Positions 27,284-36,496 of a stretch of DNA of 64,000 nucleotides are shown here, piece after piece; the first letter of the stretch is position 1, and each line of letters begins with the position of its first letter. The notes beneath the pieces are model-generated. The model did not search any database. It was given only the letters and a program-made list of their open reading frames with translations, and had not been told where the DNA came from. The stretch comes from Candidatus Shapirobacteria bacterium (GTDB lineage: Bacteria > Patescibacteriota > Microgenomatia > UM-FILTER-40-11). Position numbers and translations under genes: made by a program. Location of the stretch: contig JAGVBK010000004.1 of assembly GCA_020059745.1 (NCBI GenBank), positions 26,932 to 90,931 on the forward strand, read 5' to 3'.

Positions 27284-27943
27284 TTAAGCAATTAAGGCTG
27301 TCAAGTCGTTATATCTTTTAAGCACGCCCTCTTTATCCAAAAGACCGTTTTCCGGCTGCCAAAAACTGCTTCCGATATAAAAAATATCAACTCCGGCTTT
27401 TTTACAAGCCAGAATGTTTTGTTCCTGAATACCGCCGTCAACTCCAATCTCAACCAGATCTCCGACAATTGCTTTAACTGTTTCGATTTTTGAAAGCACC
27501 CTTTGATCAAACTGCTGCCCGCCAAAACCAGCCTTAACTCCTAAAAGCAAAACCATGTCAGAAAGATGATAAACTTCATCAGCAATTGACTCAACCGGAG
27601 TTTCAAGATCCAAAGCAATTCCCGCTTCCATTCCCGCTTCAACCGTCTGATTAATAAAAATAAGCGGGTCCCTCATCATTTCAACCTGACCGATCAGCCG
27701 GTCAGGCAATATTTCCAAAGCCCGATTTATCCACTCTTCAGGCTCCTTAACCATCAAATGAAGGTCAAGCTTGGGCCTAATTTCCAGATCCTTTAAGGAC
27801 TCAAGAGAAACTGTCTTATTATTACTAAACTTACCGTCAACAATGTCAATCTGCACCCGAGGGCTAACTTCCTTTAAAAGCTCTAGCTTCTGGGAAAGTT
27901 GGGAAAAATCAGAAGTTAAAATTGTGGGCACAATTTCTGCCAT
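27284..27943 (-). CDS. rpe: ribulose-phosphate 3-epimerase
   Basis: 219 aa TIM-barrel. DLHLMV, VDGGI. Confidence 0.8.
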   Translation of the reverse strand: MAEIVPTILTSDFSQLSQKLELLKEVSPRVQIDIVDGKFSNNKTVSLESLKDLEIRPKLDLHLMVKEPEEWINRALEILPDRLIGQVEMMRDPLIFINQTVEAGMEAGIALDLETPVESIADEVYHLSDMVLLLGVKAGFGGQQFDQRVLSKIETVKAIVGDLVEIGVDGGIQEQNILACKKAGVDIFYIGSSFWQPENGLLDKEGVLKRYNDLTALIA

Positions 27944-27961
27944 TTATAAAAGAAATAAACT

Positions 27962-28990
27962 TTACTTTTTACAGATATGGACCGCCTCCTCAAGCAGCCG
28001 CCTGGCATAAGCCCATTCATTATCATACCAAGCACCGATTTGGATAAAATCATCAGCAACAACCGTCGTCATTCCCAAATCAACCACACAAGAAGCAGGA
28101 TTACCGATAATGTCACCGGAAACAAGCGGTTCTGAGGTGACTGCCAAAATTCCTTTCATTTTTTTCTCAGCTGCTCTGAGAAAAAGGCTATTTAACTCGT
28201 CAATCGTTGTTTTTTGGGAGATTCTAAAGTTTAAGTCTGAATAAGAACCACAGATAACCGGCACCCGGATCGCTGCACCTGCAAATTTACCTTTCAGATC
28301 AGGGAAAAGGGCCACCACTGATTCTGCTGCTCCGGTTTCCGTAGGAATAATGTTTTGCGCCGCTGCCCTGGCGCGATGCAGATCTTTGTGTGAACCGTCT
28401 ATCAGTTCTTGGTCTGAGGTATAGGCGTGAATAGTGGTTAAGGCCGCCTGCTCAATCCCATATTTTTCTTTAATAAGTTTCACAATCGGAGCCACACAAT
28501 TGGTGGTGCAGGAACCATTGGAAATCACCTTTTCTCCTTTATAGCGGTTTTCGTTTATTCCCATTACATAAAGCGGTACTTCACCGCCCTTTGGCGGAGC
28601 GGAAATAATCACTTTTCCGGCTCCTGCTTCCAGGTGTTTTTCCGCCTCACTTCCTTTTCGGAAAACACCGGTTGACTCAATCACCACATCCGGCTTATAG
28701 GCAAACCAGGGAATTTTTATCGGTTCTTTTTCTGCAAGTAAAGGGAAAAGCCTGCCGTCAATCAATAAAGAACCGGTTTCCCGCGAACCCTGAGCTTCGG
28801 CAACTTTTACTTCCTTGGGAAAAGCACGGTAAGTTGAATCATACTTTAGAAGCGTTGCCCAGCCTTCAGTCTCCATTGAACCGGAAGTATTTATTGCCAC
28901 CACTTCAATTTCATTCTGAAAATCAAGGATTGCTTGCCTGAAAACAATGCGACCAATTCTACCAAAACCATTAATTGCTAATTTAATCAT
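27962..28990 (-). CDS. gap: glyceraldehyde-3-phosphate dehydrogenase
   Basis: INGFGRIGR and SCTTNC motifs. Confidence 0.9.
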   Translation of the reverse strand: MIKLAINGFGRIGRIVFRQAILDFQNEIEVVAINTSGSMETEGWATLLKYDSTYRAFPKEVKVAEAQGSRETGSLLIDGRLFPLLAEKEPIKIPWFAYKPDVVIESTGVFRKGSEAEKHLEAGAGKVIISAPPKGGEVPLYVMGINENRYKGEKVISNGSCTTNCVAPIVKLIKEKYGIEQAALTTIHAYTSDQELIDGSHKDLHRARAAAQNIIPTETGAAESVVALFPDLKGKFAGAAIRVPVICGSYSDLNFRISQKTTIDELNSLFLRAAEKKMKGILAVTSEPLVSGDIIGNPASCVVDLGMTTVVADDFIQIGAWYDNEWAYARRLLEEAVHICKK

Positions 28991-30005
28991 TTTTCCCTCT
29001 TTTTAGAGCTTCAATTCCGGGAAGGGTGCCCTTAGCTAAAAACTCAAGACAGGCTCCTCCGGCAGTGCTTACATAATCCATCTTATTAAGAAGCTTAAAT
29101 TTGGTCAAGCTGGCAATTGTGTCTCCACCCCCAACAATTTTTAAAGCCAAAGAATCTGCCACTGCTTGGGCAACCTCTCTGGTCCCTTTCTCAGAACCCG
29201 GCTCTTCGTATTTTCCCATCGGTCCGTTAAAAACCAGGGTTTTTGCTTCTGAAATTATTTTTTTAAATTCTTCAATTGAGCTTTCGTCGATATCAGTGCC
29301 ATTTTTATTTAAAGAGGCCCAGATAATGTTTTCTTTGTCTTTTTCTTTTTGTAAAGGCAAAAGTCCGCCGACTAAAACCCAGTCAGCTTTTTGGGCAAAC
29401 TCATAAACATAAGACAGTTTTGTTTCCGGCTTAGCGCCGCCAATAATAAAAACCAGCGGCTTTTTGGGATTTTCTATTGTTTTTGAAAGGCTTGTCACTT
29501 CTTTTTCAAAATGAAAACCAGAAGCAGAGGGTAAAACCAAAGGCACACCCACAACCGAAGCATGCTTTCGGTGGCTAACTGCAAAAGCCTCATTAATATA
29601 AATTTCAGCAAGTGAGCTTAATTTCTCTGTAAACTCGGGACTATTTTCTTCTTCTCCTTTAAAAAATCTTAAGTTTTCCAAAAGAAGCAAATCCTCTCCT
29701 AAATCATAAAAAGAAAAAAACTTCATTTTTTTATATCCGGCAAGGCTTCTTTTCATCAGGCGGGAAATTTCTCTGGCCACAGGAAGCATTTTAAGTTCCT
29801 CTACTTCTTTGCCTTGCGGCCTGCCTAAATGACCGGCAAGAATTATAAAAGCTTTTTTTTCAAGCAAATATTCAACCGTGGGCAAACACTCTTTTATCCT
29901 TGAATTTTCCGCGACCTCTCCCTCTTTCAGGGGAACATCTAAATCACAGCGCACTAGCACTCTTTTTTCTTTAAAATCAAAATCTTTAAGCCCTGGAAGT
30001 TTCAT
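28983..30005 (-). CDS. pgk: phosphoglycerate kinase (short form)
   Basis: N-terminal RCDLDVP..., AGHLGRPQG. Confidence 0.75.
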   Translation of the reverse strand: MKLPGLKDFDFKEKRVLVRCDLDVPLKEGEVAENSRIKECLPTVEYLLEKKAFIILAGHLGRPQGKEVEELKMLPVAREISRLMKRSLAGYKKMKFFSFYDLGEDLLLLENLRFFKGEEENSPEFTEKLSSLAEIYINEAFAVSHRKHASVVGVPLVLPSASGFHFEKEVTSLSKTIENPKKPLVFIIGGAKPETKLSYVYEFAQKADWVLVGGLLPLQKEKDKENIIWASLNKNGTDIDESSIEEFKKIISEAKTLVFNGPMGKYEEPGSEKGTREVAQAVADSLALKIVGGGDTIASLTKFKLLNKMDYVSTAGGACLEFLAKGTLPGIEALKRGKND

Positions 30006-30008
30006 TTT

Positions 30009-30452
30009 CTATTTTTGGTTTTTTTCAATTTCCTTAATTTTTTCCACTCTTCTTTGATATTTGTCACTTCCGGAAAACTGGGTTTCCAAAAACATCTGAA
30101 TTATTCCCAGGGTCTCTGTTTCAGAAAGAAAATCCGCAGGGATTGCCAGACAATTTATATCATCATCCCTTTTAGCCACTCTTATTTGCTGCTGAGAAAA
30201 GCCAAGACCGCAGCGAATACCGGAAAATTTATTGGCAACAATGTCTACTCCCACTCCTGAACCGCAAAAGAGAATGCCAAAGTCGCCTTTGCCTAATTTT
30301 TTAGCCACTTCAACGGCAAAGTCGGGGTAATCATCTTCGGGAGAAAGATGATCGCTGCCTAAATCCTCATACTGGTAACCTGAAGATTCAAGCCATTTTT
30401 TTACCTTTTCTTTAAGCTCAAAGCCCCGATGGTCCGCACCAAGATAAATCAT
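30009..30452 (-). CDS. rpiB: ribose-5-phosphate isomerase B
   Basis: GADHRGF..CGSGVG motifs. Confidence 0.8.
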   Translation of the reverse strand: MIYLGADHRGFELKEKVKKWLESSGYQYEDLGSDHLSPEDDYPDFAVEVAKKLGKGDFGILFCGSGVGVDIVANKFSGIRCGLGFSQQQIRVAKRDDDINCLAIPADFLSETETLGIIQMFLETQFSGSDKYQRRVEKIKEIEKNQK

Positions 30453-31117
30453 TAGTTTTCCTCAGACAAAGCGCTTAGTAACTCTCTTAATTTTTGTTCT
30501 TGGTTTTCTGCCAAAACCACAGCTGAAGAAATTAATACTCCCCTCGCCCCCAATTCTTTGGCCTTTACCAAATCTTCCTTCTTGTTGATTCCAGCGCCCA
30601 CAATTAAAGGAATTTCCCCGCAAATTTTTACTGCCTTGGCAACTGATTTGGGACTTACCTCTGTGATTGAGGTGGCAGTACCAATAAATTCGCTTATCTC
30701 ATAACCCAAAAAATCCGGTTTAAACTTAACCAGCCTTTTAAGCTGGCCTAATGTTTTAACGCAAACCATTGTTTTCAAACCATTTTGTCTGGCTTTAGAA
30801 ACCAAGTGCTTAACTGTTCCCGGAGGCAAAGGATGCTCGCTGTGGTTTAAAAGAGCGCCTTCTCCACCTGATTCTTTTACCGCCTCAGGCGTAATCCAGC
30901 CGGTAAATTTTCCGGGCAAAACATCGTCAAAATGCTGGACCCAAACCGGTTTTTTGATTTGGCTGGTAACCCGGTAAAGGTCAAGAGCCTGAACCACAGG
31001 AATAACGGAAAAGCCTTCTTCAGAAAATTTAAGGCAAATTTTGGCCAAGTTAAGGCTGTTTTCTCCGCTTGCTTCTTTGTAGGTTTTGAAGTTAACAAAA
31101 ACGCTAAAGTCTGACAC
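30452..31117 (-). CDS. tpiA: triose-phosphate isomerase, short archaeal-type
   Basis: 221 aa; VNFKTY..NHSEH motifs. Confidence 0.65.
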   Translation of the reverse strand: MSDFSVFVNFKTYKEASGENSLNLAKICLKFSEEGFSVIPVVQALDLYRVTSQIKKPVWVQHFDDVLPGKFTGWITPEAVKESGGEGALLNHSEHPLPPGTVKHLVSKARQNGLKTMVCVKTLGQLKRLVKFKPDFLGYEISEFIGTATSITEVSPKSVAKAVKICGEIPLIVGAGINKKEDLVKAKELGARGVLISSAVVLAENQEQKLRELLSALSEEN

Positions 31118-31121
31118 TAAC

Positions 31122-31652
31122 CTATTTTAACTCAAAATCAGCCAATTTGGTATAGACCGGGCCTTGGGCCGTTAGCACACTTTGGTAAAGGGATAAAACC
31201 CTTACCTCAAAATCAAGCTTAAGATCTAAAAAGGGTGGTTTGTTTACCCCCTTTTTAAAGCGATATAAAGTGACATGAGGCGTAAATTCAATCTTCTCCC
31301 TAAGTAAAAACCCGTTTTTTAAAAAACTATCAACCAATTTTTTATAAAGTCTAAAAAGCTTTTCTTTTTCACCGCCAACTTCAACCCAAACACCTTCAGG
31401 CTTGCTTTTCTTGCCAAAAAGACTGACTTTCCCAAGACTTAGCTTTATTTTTCCGGAAATTAAGTTTTCTTTAATAATTTTTTTAATCTTTTTAAGGTCA
31501 AAAGCATCAATTTCACCTATGAAAAGAAGGGTTAGGTGCAGGTTTTGTTTCTCAACCAACTTGGCACTTGCCCCTTTTGAGATTTCTTCAGAAAGAAAGT
31601 GAAGCCTCTCTTTAAGTTCCTCCGGTAAAAAGATAGCCACAAAAACTCTCAT
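31122..31652 (-). CDS. thpR: RNA 2',3'-cyclic phosphodiesterase (2H family, LigT/ThpR)
   Basis: Two HxT/S motifs (HLTLLF, HVTLYR). Confidence 0.7.
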   Translation of the reverse strand: MRVFVAIFLPEELKERLHFLSEEISKGASAKLVEKQNLHLTLLFIGEIDAFDLKKIKKIIKENLISGKIKLSLGKVSLFGKKSKPEGVWVEVGGEKEKLFRLYKKLVDSFLKNGFLLREKIEFTPHVTLYRFKKGVNKPPFLDLKLDFEVRVLSLYQSVLTAQGPVYTKLADFELK

Positions 31653-31672
31653 GCCTAGATTATAATACGGTT

Positions 31673-32617
31673 ATGGAAAACAAAAGAAAACTTCTTCTGA
31701 TTGTCCTTGTTCTTTCTTTGTTTACCTTGCTTTTCTTTAGGCTTTTTTTCCCAAAACCAGCTGTGTCTCCTTTAAAAAAAGAATCAGGCGAAAAAGAATA
31801 TTTTCCTTCCTTGCCTCCCCAAAGAACAATTGTTTTAAGAGCGGTTGGCGATGTCATGCTCGGCAGAATGGTAAATGTCAAAATGCTTGAAAATAATGAT
31901 TTTAAATACCCTTTCCTAAAAACAGCAGAACTTCTTTCCACAGCTGACCTCACTTTCGGCAACCTTGAATCCCCAATTATTGATAACTGCAAAACCACAA
32001 AAACTGGCATGGTTTTTTGCGGAAGAAAAGAATCAATAGAAGGCCTGTTTTTTGCCGGTTTTGATATTGTTAGTATCGCCAATAATCATATTCTTAATCA
32101 GGGGCGCGAAGGAAGAAAACAAACCATAAAGCTGCTTTCTGAAAAAAATATTCTTGCCTCAGATTCTGAAAATCTGGCAATTGTTAATGTAAACGGCGTT
32201 TCTTTTGGTTTTCTATCGTTTGATTTAACTGTTACAAACAACCCTGAACCTCTGGTTAAAAAAGTAAAAGAAAGTGTTTCAAAAGCAGACTTGGTGATCG
32301 TCTCCCTTCACTGGGGCGCGGAATACTTAAAAGAACCATTCCCTTGGCAAAAAGAGCTGGGAAGAAAACTAATTGATGAGGGTGTAAAAGTCGTTATCGG
32401 CCACCACCCCCATGTTACCCAACCAACTGAAGAATACAAAGACGGTCTTATTTTTTATTCTTTAGGCAACTTTGTTTTTGACCAGATGTGGAGCGAGGAG
32501 ACTAAAAAAGGCCAGATTGCCGAGATTTTCTTTGAAGAAAAACAAATTAAAAGCTACAAAACCATCCCTATTTACATTACCGACTACTGCCAACCTGTAT
32601 TAGGAAGTAGTAGGTAG
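31673..32617 (+). CDS. CapA-family metallophosphoesterase (poly-gamma-glutamate capsule biosynthesis-like)
   Basis: GDVMLGR, HWG, GHHPH motifs. The last codons and the stop lie inside the left inverted repeat of the neighbouring element. Confidence 0.75.
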   Translation: MENKRKLLLIVLVLSLFTLLFFRLFFPKPAVSPLKKESGEKEYFPSLPPQRTIVLRAVGDVMLGRMVNVKMLENNDFKYPFLKTAELLSTADLTFGNLESPIIDNCKTTKTGMVFCGRKESIEGLFFAGFDIVSIANNHILNQGREGRKQTIKLLSEKNILASDSENLAIVNVNGVSFGFLSFDLTVTNNPEPLVKKVKESVSKADLVIVSLHWGAEYLKEPFPWQKELGRKLIDEGVKVVIGHHPHVTQPTEEYKDGLIFYSLGNFVFDQMWSEETKKGQIAEIFFEEKQIKSYKTIPIYITDYCQPVLGSSR

Positions 32618-32986
32618 GTTGTAGTTAGTAGTAAATTGATTAATTAATTTATTAAGCATTTTCATGACTTCTTCTAATAAACTATCCACTTTCTCATAAT
32701 TCAAATTTTTTCCAAAAGATAGCTCTTTTAAAATTTCTATCTGAGTCTCAAGCTCTGCTCCAGACCCAAAAGCAATTCTTAGAAATTGACAATAATCCTT
32801 CTTGCTCCCGCGCCTACTTCCCTCAGCTATATTTGAAGGAATAGAAACAGAGCATCTTCTCATTTGAGAAACAAGACCATAAATTTCCGATTTGGGAAAA
32901 TTTTCTGTCAACTCGAAAATAGCAATAGCCAACTTCTTGGCTTTCTGCCAAACTATCAAATCTTTATAATTGCTTACTTTGTTCAT
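32600..32986 (-). CDS. four-helix-bundle protein (23S rRNA intervening-sequence protein family)
   Basis: DLIVWQKAKKLAIAIFELTENFPKSEIYGLVSQMRRCSVSIPSNIAEGSRRGSKKDYCQFLRIAFGSGAELETQ — textbook family signature. Confidence 0.8.
   Translation of the reverse strand: MNKVSNYKDLIVWQKAKKLAIAIFELTENFPKSEIYGLVSQMRRCSVSIPSNIAEGSRRGSKKDYCQFLRIAFGSGAELETQIEILKELSFGKNLNYEKVDSLLEEVMKMLNKLINQFTTNYNLPTTS
32603..32632. repeat. left arm of an imperfect inverted repeat flanking the 4HB gene (GGAAGTAGTAGGTAGGTTGTAGTTAGTAGT)
   Basis: Its reverse complement aligns with 32993-33030 (core ACTACAACCTAC plus flanks). Confidence 0.6.
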
Positions 32987-32992
32987 TTTGAA

Positions 32993-33030
32993 CTACTCCT
33001 ACCCACTACAACCTACTTACTACTCCCTAC
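32993..33030. repeat. right arm of the inverted repeat flanking the 4HB gene (CTACTCCTACCCACTACAACCTACTTACTACTCCCTAC)
   Basis: Pairs with 32603-32632. Overlaps the last codons of the ZIP transporter gene. Confidence 0.6.
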
Positions 33031-33749
33031 TCCAAAAACATCCCTGCTATAAAAGGAAAAAGAACCCCAAAAAATGTTAGAACTATATTCAAAACCTTGC
33101 TTTTTTTGTGAATTTCCGGGATCAGGTCTGAAGCAGCGACATATAAAAAACTGCCCGCAGCAACGGCTAAAAGAAGCCCAACCACCTCTCCATTAACTTC
33201 TCTTAAAGCAAAAGAAGAAATAACCGCACCAAAGGGTGTGGCCAAGGCAACGGCCGAAGAATACTTGATTGCTTTGTTAACCGAGTATTTGCCATAAAGC
33301 ATAACTGCCATTGAGGAAATCCCCTCCGGAAACTCATGAAGTAAAACCGCCAAGGTAGAAAGAATCCCCAAACTAAAAGATGCTTCAAAACCAGCTCCAA
33401 TCACAGCGCCGTCAATTAAGGAGTGTACCAAAAGCCCGACCCAGGAAACTAAAGTAAAGGTTTCATGGGCTTCACAGTTTTCCTTTTCTTTGCAGACATG
33501 AAGAGATAAAGAATGCTCCAAAATATAAAAAAGTAAAAAAGAAAACAATACCACCGTAAGCGCTCCTGGATAAAGCTCCAAAGACTCGGGCAGTAAGTGA
33601 AGAAAGGAAAAAGAAAGTAACACCCCAGCGGAAAAAGAAATAAGGTAAATCAGGTTTTTTTGCGCCCAATCTGCTTTTTTAGCCATCAGGTAAACACCCA
33701 AAAAAGTGGCCAGACCAGCCAACATGCTAAAAAGAAAGGTGTTGAGCAT
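33027..33749 (-). CDS. zupT: ZIP-family metal transporter
   Basis: HEFPEG motif, 8 TM helices. Confidence 0.8.
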   Translation of the reverse strand: MLNTFLFSMLAGLATFLGVYLMAKKADWAQKNLIYLISFSAGVLLSFSFLHLLPESLELYPGALTVVLFSFLLFYILEHSLSLHVCKEKENCEAHETFTLVSWVGLLVHSLIDGAVIGAGFEASFSLGILSTLAVLLHEFPEGISSMAVMLYGKYSVNKAIKYSSAVALATPFGAVISSFALREVNGEVVGLLLAVAAGSFLYVAASDLIPEIHKKSKVLNIVLTFFGVLFPFIAGMFLE

Positions 33750-33750
33750 A

Positions 33751-34458
33751 CTATTTATTATAGAGGATTCCCCAAAGGTCGTGCCGGCCCAGAAAGCTTT
33801 CTCTTTTAGTAAAAGGTTCTTTTACCCACTGTCCGCTTGGCTTAAGCAGCTCTTTTGTCCAAATCACGCAAGGCTGGATTATTTCCACCAAGCTAAAGCC
33901 TTTATGTTCAATGGCTTTGGCAATTATTTCTGTGGTTTTATTAAGATCAGAAACTGGCGTTCTTGCCAAAAAAGAGCCTCCGGAAACAACCGCCAAGTCA
34001 ATAGCAGAAAGCGGCTCAAAAGGGTTACCCTGCAATGTAGTTCTGGTTTTTAGCCCCTTGGGGGTGGCAGATGAAGCCTGGCCGGTAGTTAAGGCAAAAA
34101 CATAGTTGTTGTTTACCAGGACCGTAATATCGTCATTCCTTTGGGAGGCATGAACAAGGTGGTTTCCGCCTTCACTCACAATCCCACCATCCCCCCCCTG
34201 CGCAATCACAGTTAGTTTTGGGTTTGCCGTTTTTACGCCTACGGCAACAGGGATAGAACGACCGTGCAAAGTAGCAAAACCACAGAGATTAATGAAATTA
34301 ACCATGTTTGCCGAGCAACCAATATCATAGGTAATCACCACATCTTTAGGAGCCAAATTATTTTTAATAATGGCTTTCTTAACAGCAGTCAAAAAACTAT
34401 ATCCTCCGCAGCCCGGGCACCAGGTGGGAAGATTTGGGGTGCTTAAATCTGTGTTCAT
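33751..34458 (-). CDS. korB: 2-oxoacid:ferredoxin oxidoreductase beta subunit (TPP-binding)
   Basis: CPGCG, GDGG motifs. Confidence 0.85.
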   Translation of the reverse strand: MNTDLSTPNLPTWCPGCGGYSFLTAVKKAIIKNNLAPKDVVITYDIGCSANMVNFINLCGFATLHGRSIPVAVGVKTANPKLTVIAQGGDGGIVSEGGNHLVHASQRNDDITVLVNNNYVFALTTGQASSATPKGLKTRTTLQGNPFEPLSAIDLAVVSGGSFLARTPVSDLNKTTEIIAKAIEHKGFSLVEIIQPCVIWTKELLKPSGQWVKEPFTKRESFLGRHDLWGILYNK

Positions 34459-36071
34459 CGTTCTGCCTTTCTAAGCCTTTCTCTTATCTCGTGGTAAAAA
34501 AGGGGTCGGCCGTCATCTTTAAGAATTTTTTCCGTTTTAAGCTCGGTTTCTTTTTCAAGCAGGGAAGCAAGCTGCCCGGAGAAGTTACCTTCAATAACAA
34601 TAACCTTTTCAGCTTCTTTTAAAATGGTTTTTACCTCTTTCGGAAACGGCCATGGCCGCCAGAAATGAAGGTAGCCTAATTGAGGAAAATCATCAATAAG
34701 GTCAAGTAAAATTTCTTTGGTTGAACCCCAACCGACAAGAAAGGTTTTTGCTCCTTTTTTTCCGAAAATTTCAAATCCGCCTTTAAGGCTTTCTAGCTTT
34801 TTTGCCCTTTTTTCCATCATCTTTTGTCTATTTTGACTGTCATCATCAGAAAACCCATACTCGTTATGTTCATAGGAGTTGGTAATAAAAGCGGTTTGGC
34901 CGGGAAAAGCTCTTTTGGAAATACCATCTAACGAAAACTCGTATCTTTTGTAGCCATCAAGTTCTTTTCCTTCGGCTAATTTTCCCCTGTCAATTTTTAC
35001 TTTTATTTTTCCCAAAACATCTTTTAAAATGCTTAACCTGTTTTCCGCCAAGTATTTATCGGTCATTAAAATCACCGGAACTTGATAGCGCTCGGCTAAA
35101 TTAAAAGCCTCCAGGCCCAAACGATAAAGCTCCTCGGCGTCTCCTGGGGTTAAAACAATCCTGGGAAACTCGCCATGACCGGCATTAATAGCAAAATTAA
35201 GGTCAGCCTGAGAGGAAAAAGTAGCCATCCCCGTAGAAGGGCCTGTTCTTTGACCAAGCACTAAAACCAGCGGAATTTCCGCCATTCCAGCCAGCCCCAA
35301 ACCTTCAACCATTAAGCTGAACCCACCGCCCGAAGTGGCAACCATGCTTCTTTTACCAGCATAAGAAGCACCAATCGCAGCCATTATCCCGGCAATTTCA
35401 TCCTCAGGTCTAAAAAGCTTAATTTCCCTGTCAGAAAGCAGAGTTAAAATTGAGTTTATTGGTGTCATCGGGTAAATGGAAGCAAAGCGGCAATCTGCAT
35501 TTAAAATTGCTTTTGTCAGAATTTCGTTTCCGGAATAGTTTTCAATTTCTTTTTTTGTTTTTGGGGTCTCAATTTTAAAGCTTTCTTTCTGGTTTAAACC
35601 AAAGCCCTGAAAAACTGCCTTAAGATTAAGGTCAAGTACCTTTGGTTTGTCTTCAAAATCTTTGTTGACTTGTTCTTCAAGGATTTCTCTTTTAAACCCC
35701 AAAACACTCCATAAAAAGCCCAAGCCCGCAGTATTGATAACCAAAGGGTTACCGATTTCCTCGGCAATCTTTTCAAGGCCAATTTCCGAAGATTCAAAAC
35801 CTAAGCCGTTTTCTTTTAATTCCCCTTTATGCTCTTCAAAGTTTTTTTTACCAAAAGCAAGAAGAATATCAATTTTTTCCCGAGGCGTTAAAAAAGGCTT
35901 TTGAGAAAAAATGATTTGTATGTGGTTGTCTCCTCCTCTGATTCGGGAAGGGTACTCAGGATAAACCAAAGTAAAAAAACCAAGCCGGTTTAAGGCTTTG
36001 CTTAAAGTCTCTCCAGCTTGCATAACTCCTGCTCCCGCCGGACCTGATATTTTTAAAGCATATCTTTCCAT
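34455..36071 (-). CDS. korA: 2-oxoacid:ferredoxin oxidoreductase alpha subunit (fused gamma-alpha)
   Basis: 538 aa; KorA/PorA-type domains. Confidence 0.8.
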   Translation of the reverse strand: MERYALKISGPAGAGVMQAGETLSKALNRLGFFTLVYPEYPSRIRGGDNHIQIIFSQKPFLTPREKIDILLAFGKKNFEEHKGELKENGLGFESSEIGLEKIAEEIGNPLVINTAGLGFLWSVLGFKREILEEQVNKDFEDKPKVLDLNLKAVFQGFGLNQKESFKIETPKTKKEIENYSGNEILTKAILNADCRFASIYPMTPINSILTLLSDREIKLFRPEDEIAGIMAAIGASYAGKRSMVATSGGGFSLMVEGLGLAGMAEIPLVLVLGQRTGPSTGMATFSSQADLNFAINAGHGEFPRIVLTPGDAEELYRLGLEAFNLAERYQVPVILMTDKYLAENRLSILKDVLGKIKVKIDRGKLAEGKELDGYKRYEFSLDGISKRAFPGQTAFITNSYEHNEYGFSDDDSQNRQKMMEKRAKKLESLKGGFEIFGKKGAKTFLVGWGSTKEILLDLIDDFPQLGYLHFWRPWPFPKEVKTILKEAEKVIVIEGNFSGQLASLLEKETELKTEKILKDDGRPLFYHEIRERLRKAER

Positions 36072-36079
36072 TTTTTGGA

Positions 36080-36475
36080 TTATTTCTTTCTTCTAAAATC
36101 TTCAATCGCTTTTTTGACCGCATCGGCAGCCAGAACAGAGCAGTGCATCTTTGCTTTTGGCAACCCGCCTAAAGCTTCAGCAATGGCTTTATTAGTTAAG
36201 GCAAGTGCCTGGGAAAGAGGTTTACCTTTAATAAGTTCTGTTGCTATCGAACTGGTAGCAATTGCCGCTCCGCAGCCAAGTGTCTGAAACTTAACATCCT
36301 TAATTATTTCTTCACCGTTCTTTTCCTCGACCTTAATAAAAAGCCTCATAATGTCTCCGCACACTCTGTTGCCAACTGTCCCCACACCATCGGGGTTTTT
36401 TATTTCCCCTAGATTTCTTGGATTCTGAAAGTGATCAAGGACTTTTTCTGAATATAAATTACTTAAATCTGACAT
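36080..36475 (-). CDS. iscU: Fe-S cluster assembly scaffold IscU/NifU-like
   Basis: Conserved Cys triad (VCGD, LGCGAA). Confidence 0.85.
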   Translation of the reverse strand: MSDLSNLYSEKVLDHFQNPRNLGEIKNPDGVGTVGNRVCGDIMRLFIKVEEKNGEEIIKDVKFQTLGCGAAIATSSIATELIKGKPLSQALALTNKAIAEALGGLPKAKMHCSVLAADAVKKAIEDFRRKK

Positions 36476-36496
36476 AAAATAGCTCTAAATATTAAA

